Shown here: one piece after another, positions 61,308 to 64,000 of the stretch | How the letters are laid out: each line of letters opens with the position of its first letter | Numbering within the stretch: the first letter of the stretch is position 1 | The notes under the pieces: generated by a model | The model's input: only the letters and a program-made list of their open reading frames with translations | What the model was told of the DNA's origin: nothing | Databases searched by the model: none | Assembly (NCBI RefSeq): GCF_035084215.1 | Contig: NC_090333.1 | Span: forward strand, 58,652,001-58,716,000 | Origin: Heptranchias perlo | Lineage: Eukaryota | Reading direction: 5' to 3' | Length of the DNA stretch: 64,000 bases | Made by a program: the position numbers and the translations under genes

Positions 61308-61876
61308 TGTCGAAACTTACACTATACCAATGCATTAACACCCAAACCAGTAGTACAAAGAGAAACTTTATTGAGCCCAACTTGTATACAAGTAGAAGAG
61401 CACCTCAAAACAATGGTTGACGGTACAACTTCCTCAAGTTAGTGAAACAGCTCATGTTTATACAATTCAATAAAGAACGCCCATCTGTTACAGAATATGT
61501 ACACATACATTCTTTATTGGCTCAGGTAGCTGGTCAATCAAGTAGTGAGCCTGTCCCCCGAACATCCATAGCAATCTTATTACTTTTGCACATAGGCCTG
61601 AGCATTCCCTTCCTCCCTACATTCCTGTCTCTTATCAGTAGGGCTGAAGCTAGTCTCAAGGCCACATGGCCATTCAAGAAACTGTATTCTTATTATATTC
61701 TGTAGTCAGCTACACCCTTATCGCGAGAGGCCAGGCTGTACTAAGCACCTGTTCAACTAACTTAATTATCAACATACCAAGGCTTAAACATAATTACACA
61801 ATTGTGCTTCTATGTGTGCTGTAGCTAAACCTATAGTGAGTTAATATGGTCAAGTATCCCTTCATGCACTTCCACA
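61308..61876 (-). repeat. ERV 5' LTR
   Basis: 569 bp with TG..CA ends. By eye it has about 18 substitutions and 5 small indels relative to the 3' LTR. Confidence 0.95.
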
Positions 61877-64000
61877 ATGGCCTAGCATTGTACACATCAA
61901 AACTAGTTACCATATGGTCACCTATCAAACTTTTGTTTAAGGCTATTCATTTTCCCCTCAACTCAACTGGAGGATTCCCTAGGGCTTTGTTTTCTTCACT
62001 CATCAACAATTTCCATTCTCATTCAATTCTATCCACTCTCTTGCTGACAACACCACTTTCCATTATCCTTCAGGTCACACTGCCTTAGCGCTGACAATTT
62101 CCATTTCAGTGCAATGGTTAAAATCACCTGATCTTGTCCATACTCTCCATTGGAGCAATGAAAAGATAGTTTCTTTCAGTTCTTCAGTCTAACAAGTCCC
62201 ACTAAAAGTGATCACCTCTTGCCCTTGATAGCCCCACCCTTAACCTTCCTTCATCCATTGATATTATTCGCCTCAGTATTTTTTGATCTTTCTATGCTAA
62301 AGCTACCTCCAAGAAGTTGTTTTGTTTGTCAAACACTTTTATCCATAACAACTCAAACCTATAAATGCAAAGTCCACCCCAGAGTCCAACCTTATTAAAA
62401 ACTCCAGAAATTGCTAAATTTGATGCATCTGGAAACGTCATTAAATGTTTTTGAGACTTCCGCAAGCAAAGTCATTCTCTCGGACCTGTTCTAGTTCTCA
62501 TCACCTCAGGGTTTTGTTTTGAAAACTACAAATGTTCCTTACTTACCCTTTTCCAGGAATGGGTAACCCAGCCTATTATTGGATGTCAAGTATGTTCAAA
62601 GTTTGGCCCAGTGCAAATCTCTCATGGTTTTAAGTGAAGACAATTTGGAACCACATGAGAACATCCAGTGCTCTCTACACCAATTCTGCCATCTTTATTG
62701 GACTAAACTAATGCTGCACTCCTCCTTGAACTTGAGTTCTTATGGAGTATATTTCCCATTTCAGCCATTCAAATCATTGAATAATTGTTTTGTTAATGCA
62801 ACCACAGTCTATACCATTTATATCCGCATCTCCCCTCGAATGGAAGTTGGGCAACTCCAGCTTGGCATACAACCATAGCATGTGTCTCTACTCTACTGTT
62901 TTTAATGAAAACCAGTATAGATGTTTTTTTTAAAGTTTTTTTGTGAATATGTCATCAAGGTGAGTGAGAAATGAAACTCCTCCCACTTTGGACATCCAGT
63001 GTCAGTTCTAAACACCCCATGTAAACTATAGCACAGATTAGATGCAGAGTGAAGCTTCTTCTACTCTGCCCCAACAATGTGCCATAGCCCCAGAAGAGCA
63101 CCCTCTGTTGCACCTTTGGTGATTTCCCCTACACTCCCTCCCAAAGAGTTGAAATGCCAGTGCCTAACTCACTGCACCACCCAAGTCCCCTTCAGTTCTT
63201 TCATAGTTCTGCAGTACTATTGCATGCTGGCAATAACAGGGCACACAAATATCTGTTGAGAACACAAGCTAACATTTCCAGCTCTGTGATTAAAGCAATT
63301 TCAGCATCAGAAGTTGTCAAAATAATTCAGTAGAAATGCTGTAAACATCCCTGCCCTCCAATTTTTTCTCTCCTCTCCTGAAAGTGCAAATTCATGTGGG
63401 AGCCTAATTCCACAGGCACTAACTGCCTCTTGCGTGCAAACCCAGACAGGACTTTTTGACTTGGCGGGGAGGAAGACCACAGCCAGGCCTGTCAGCCAAC
63501 ATCCACACATGCAATGCTTTCTAGCAAGAGTCACTGGATAGTGATCAAAGGCTCTAGCTCATTTCCCCCTCTACTCCAGGAGCACTGAGATCAGCAAATT
63601 CTGCTGGATGTTGAAGAATAGGTCCAAACATTTTAATGTACTTTAAAAAAACAGTAGAATAAGCAGTGCTGAAACAACTGATGAGGTGATCAAACCAATA
63701 TTTATTTTATGATTCCTTGAGCAAAAGAAAAAAATCATCTTGTCCACAAAATCCATGTCAGGAAATATTACATTTGGATCAAAAACTACAAACACAAAAG
63801 CTAGAAAGTTTGATTATAATAAAGTAAACATTTTACAGCAACTCAGAACAAAAATATTTTAACTTGGAGAGGAAAAAAGGAAATGCACTAAAAGAAAACT
63901 CAGCCAAGATGTAAAATAAGAGCCACAAGAGGTTTATTACCAATGAACTACTGACAAATGAACACTTTAAACTGTGTTCGCTGAGGTTACTGTGGCTTAA

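Larger units (their letters stand above)
57168..61876 (-). mobile_element. Class I (gamma/epsilon-like) endogenous retrovirus, internally deleted provirus
   Basis: Two TG..CA LTRs, 4-bp TSD ATGG (57164-57167, 61877-61880), PBS, PPT, and RNaseH/integrase and env remnants. Confidence 0.95.

Noticed and set aside
63640-64000. 3'UTR of TMEM59, expected from synteny
   Set aside because: Only AT-rich sequence with minus-strand AATAAA motifs is present, with no coding evidence in the window.

Overview
This is eukaryotic, repeat-rich vertebrate DNA, most likely from a cartilaginous fish (shark); that assignment is inferred from the CR1/SINE/Penelope repeat complement and protein divergence. The window holds the conserved syntenic block YIPF1(-, 5' end only), DIO1(+), IFT25/HSPB11(-), LRRC42(+), LDLRAD1(-). 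I reconstructed complete spliced CDSs with consistent GT-AG phases for four genes: DIO1 (4 exons, 246 aa, in-frame TGA selenocysteine plus a 3'UTR SECIS), IFT25 (5 exons, 140 aa), LRRC42 (7 coding exons, 416 aa) and LDLRAD1 (6 exons, 221 aa). Introns and intergenic DNA are filled with CR1 LINEs, a second EN+RT LINE family, Tx1-like fragments, several SINE families and a GC-rich minisatellite. The most notable items are: (1) five short palindromic Penelope-type insertions with TSDs, four of which carry a minimal hammerhead-ribozyme core; (2) an ORF1-less LINE that appears to start with a tRNA-like head shared with its own bipartite SINE; (3) a 4.7-kb internally deleted class I endogenous retrovirus with both LTRs, a 4-bp TSD, a tRNA-Gln PBS, a PPT and a broken env; (4) a templated copy of the LRRC42 exon1/intron1 junction inside a LINE. 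Repeat family names come from recalled consensus resemblance and need database confirmation.
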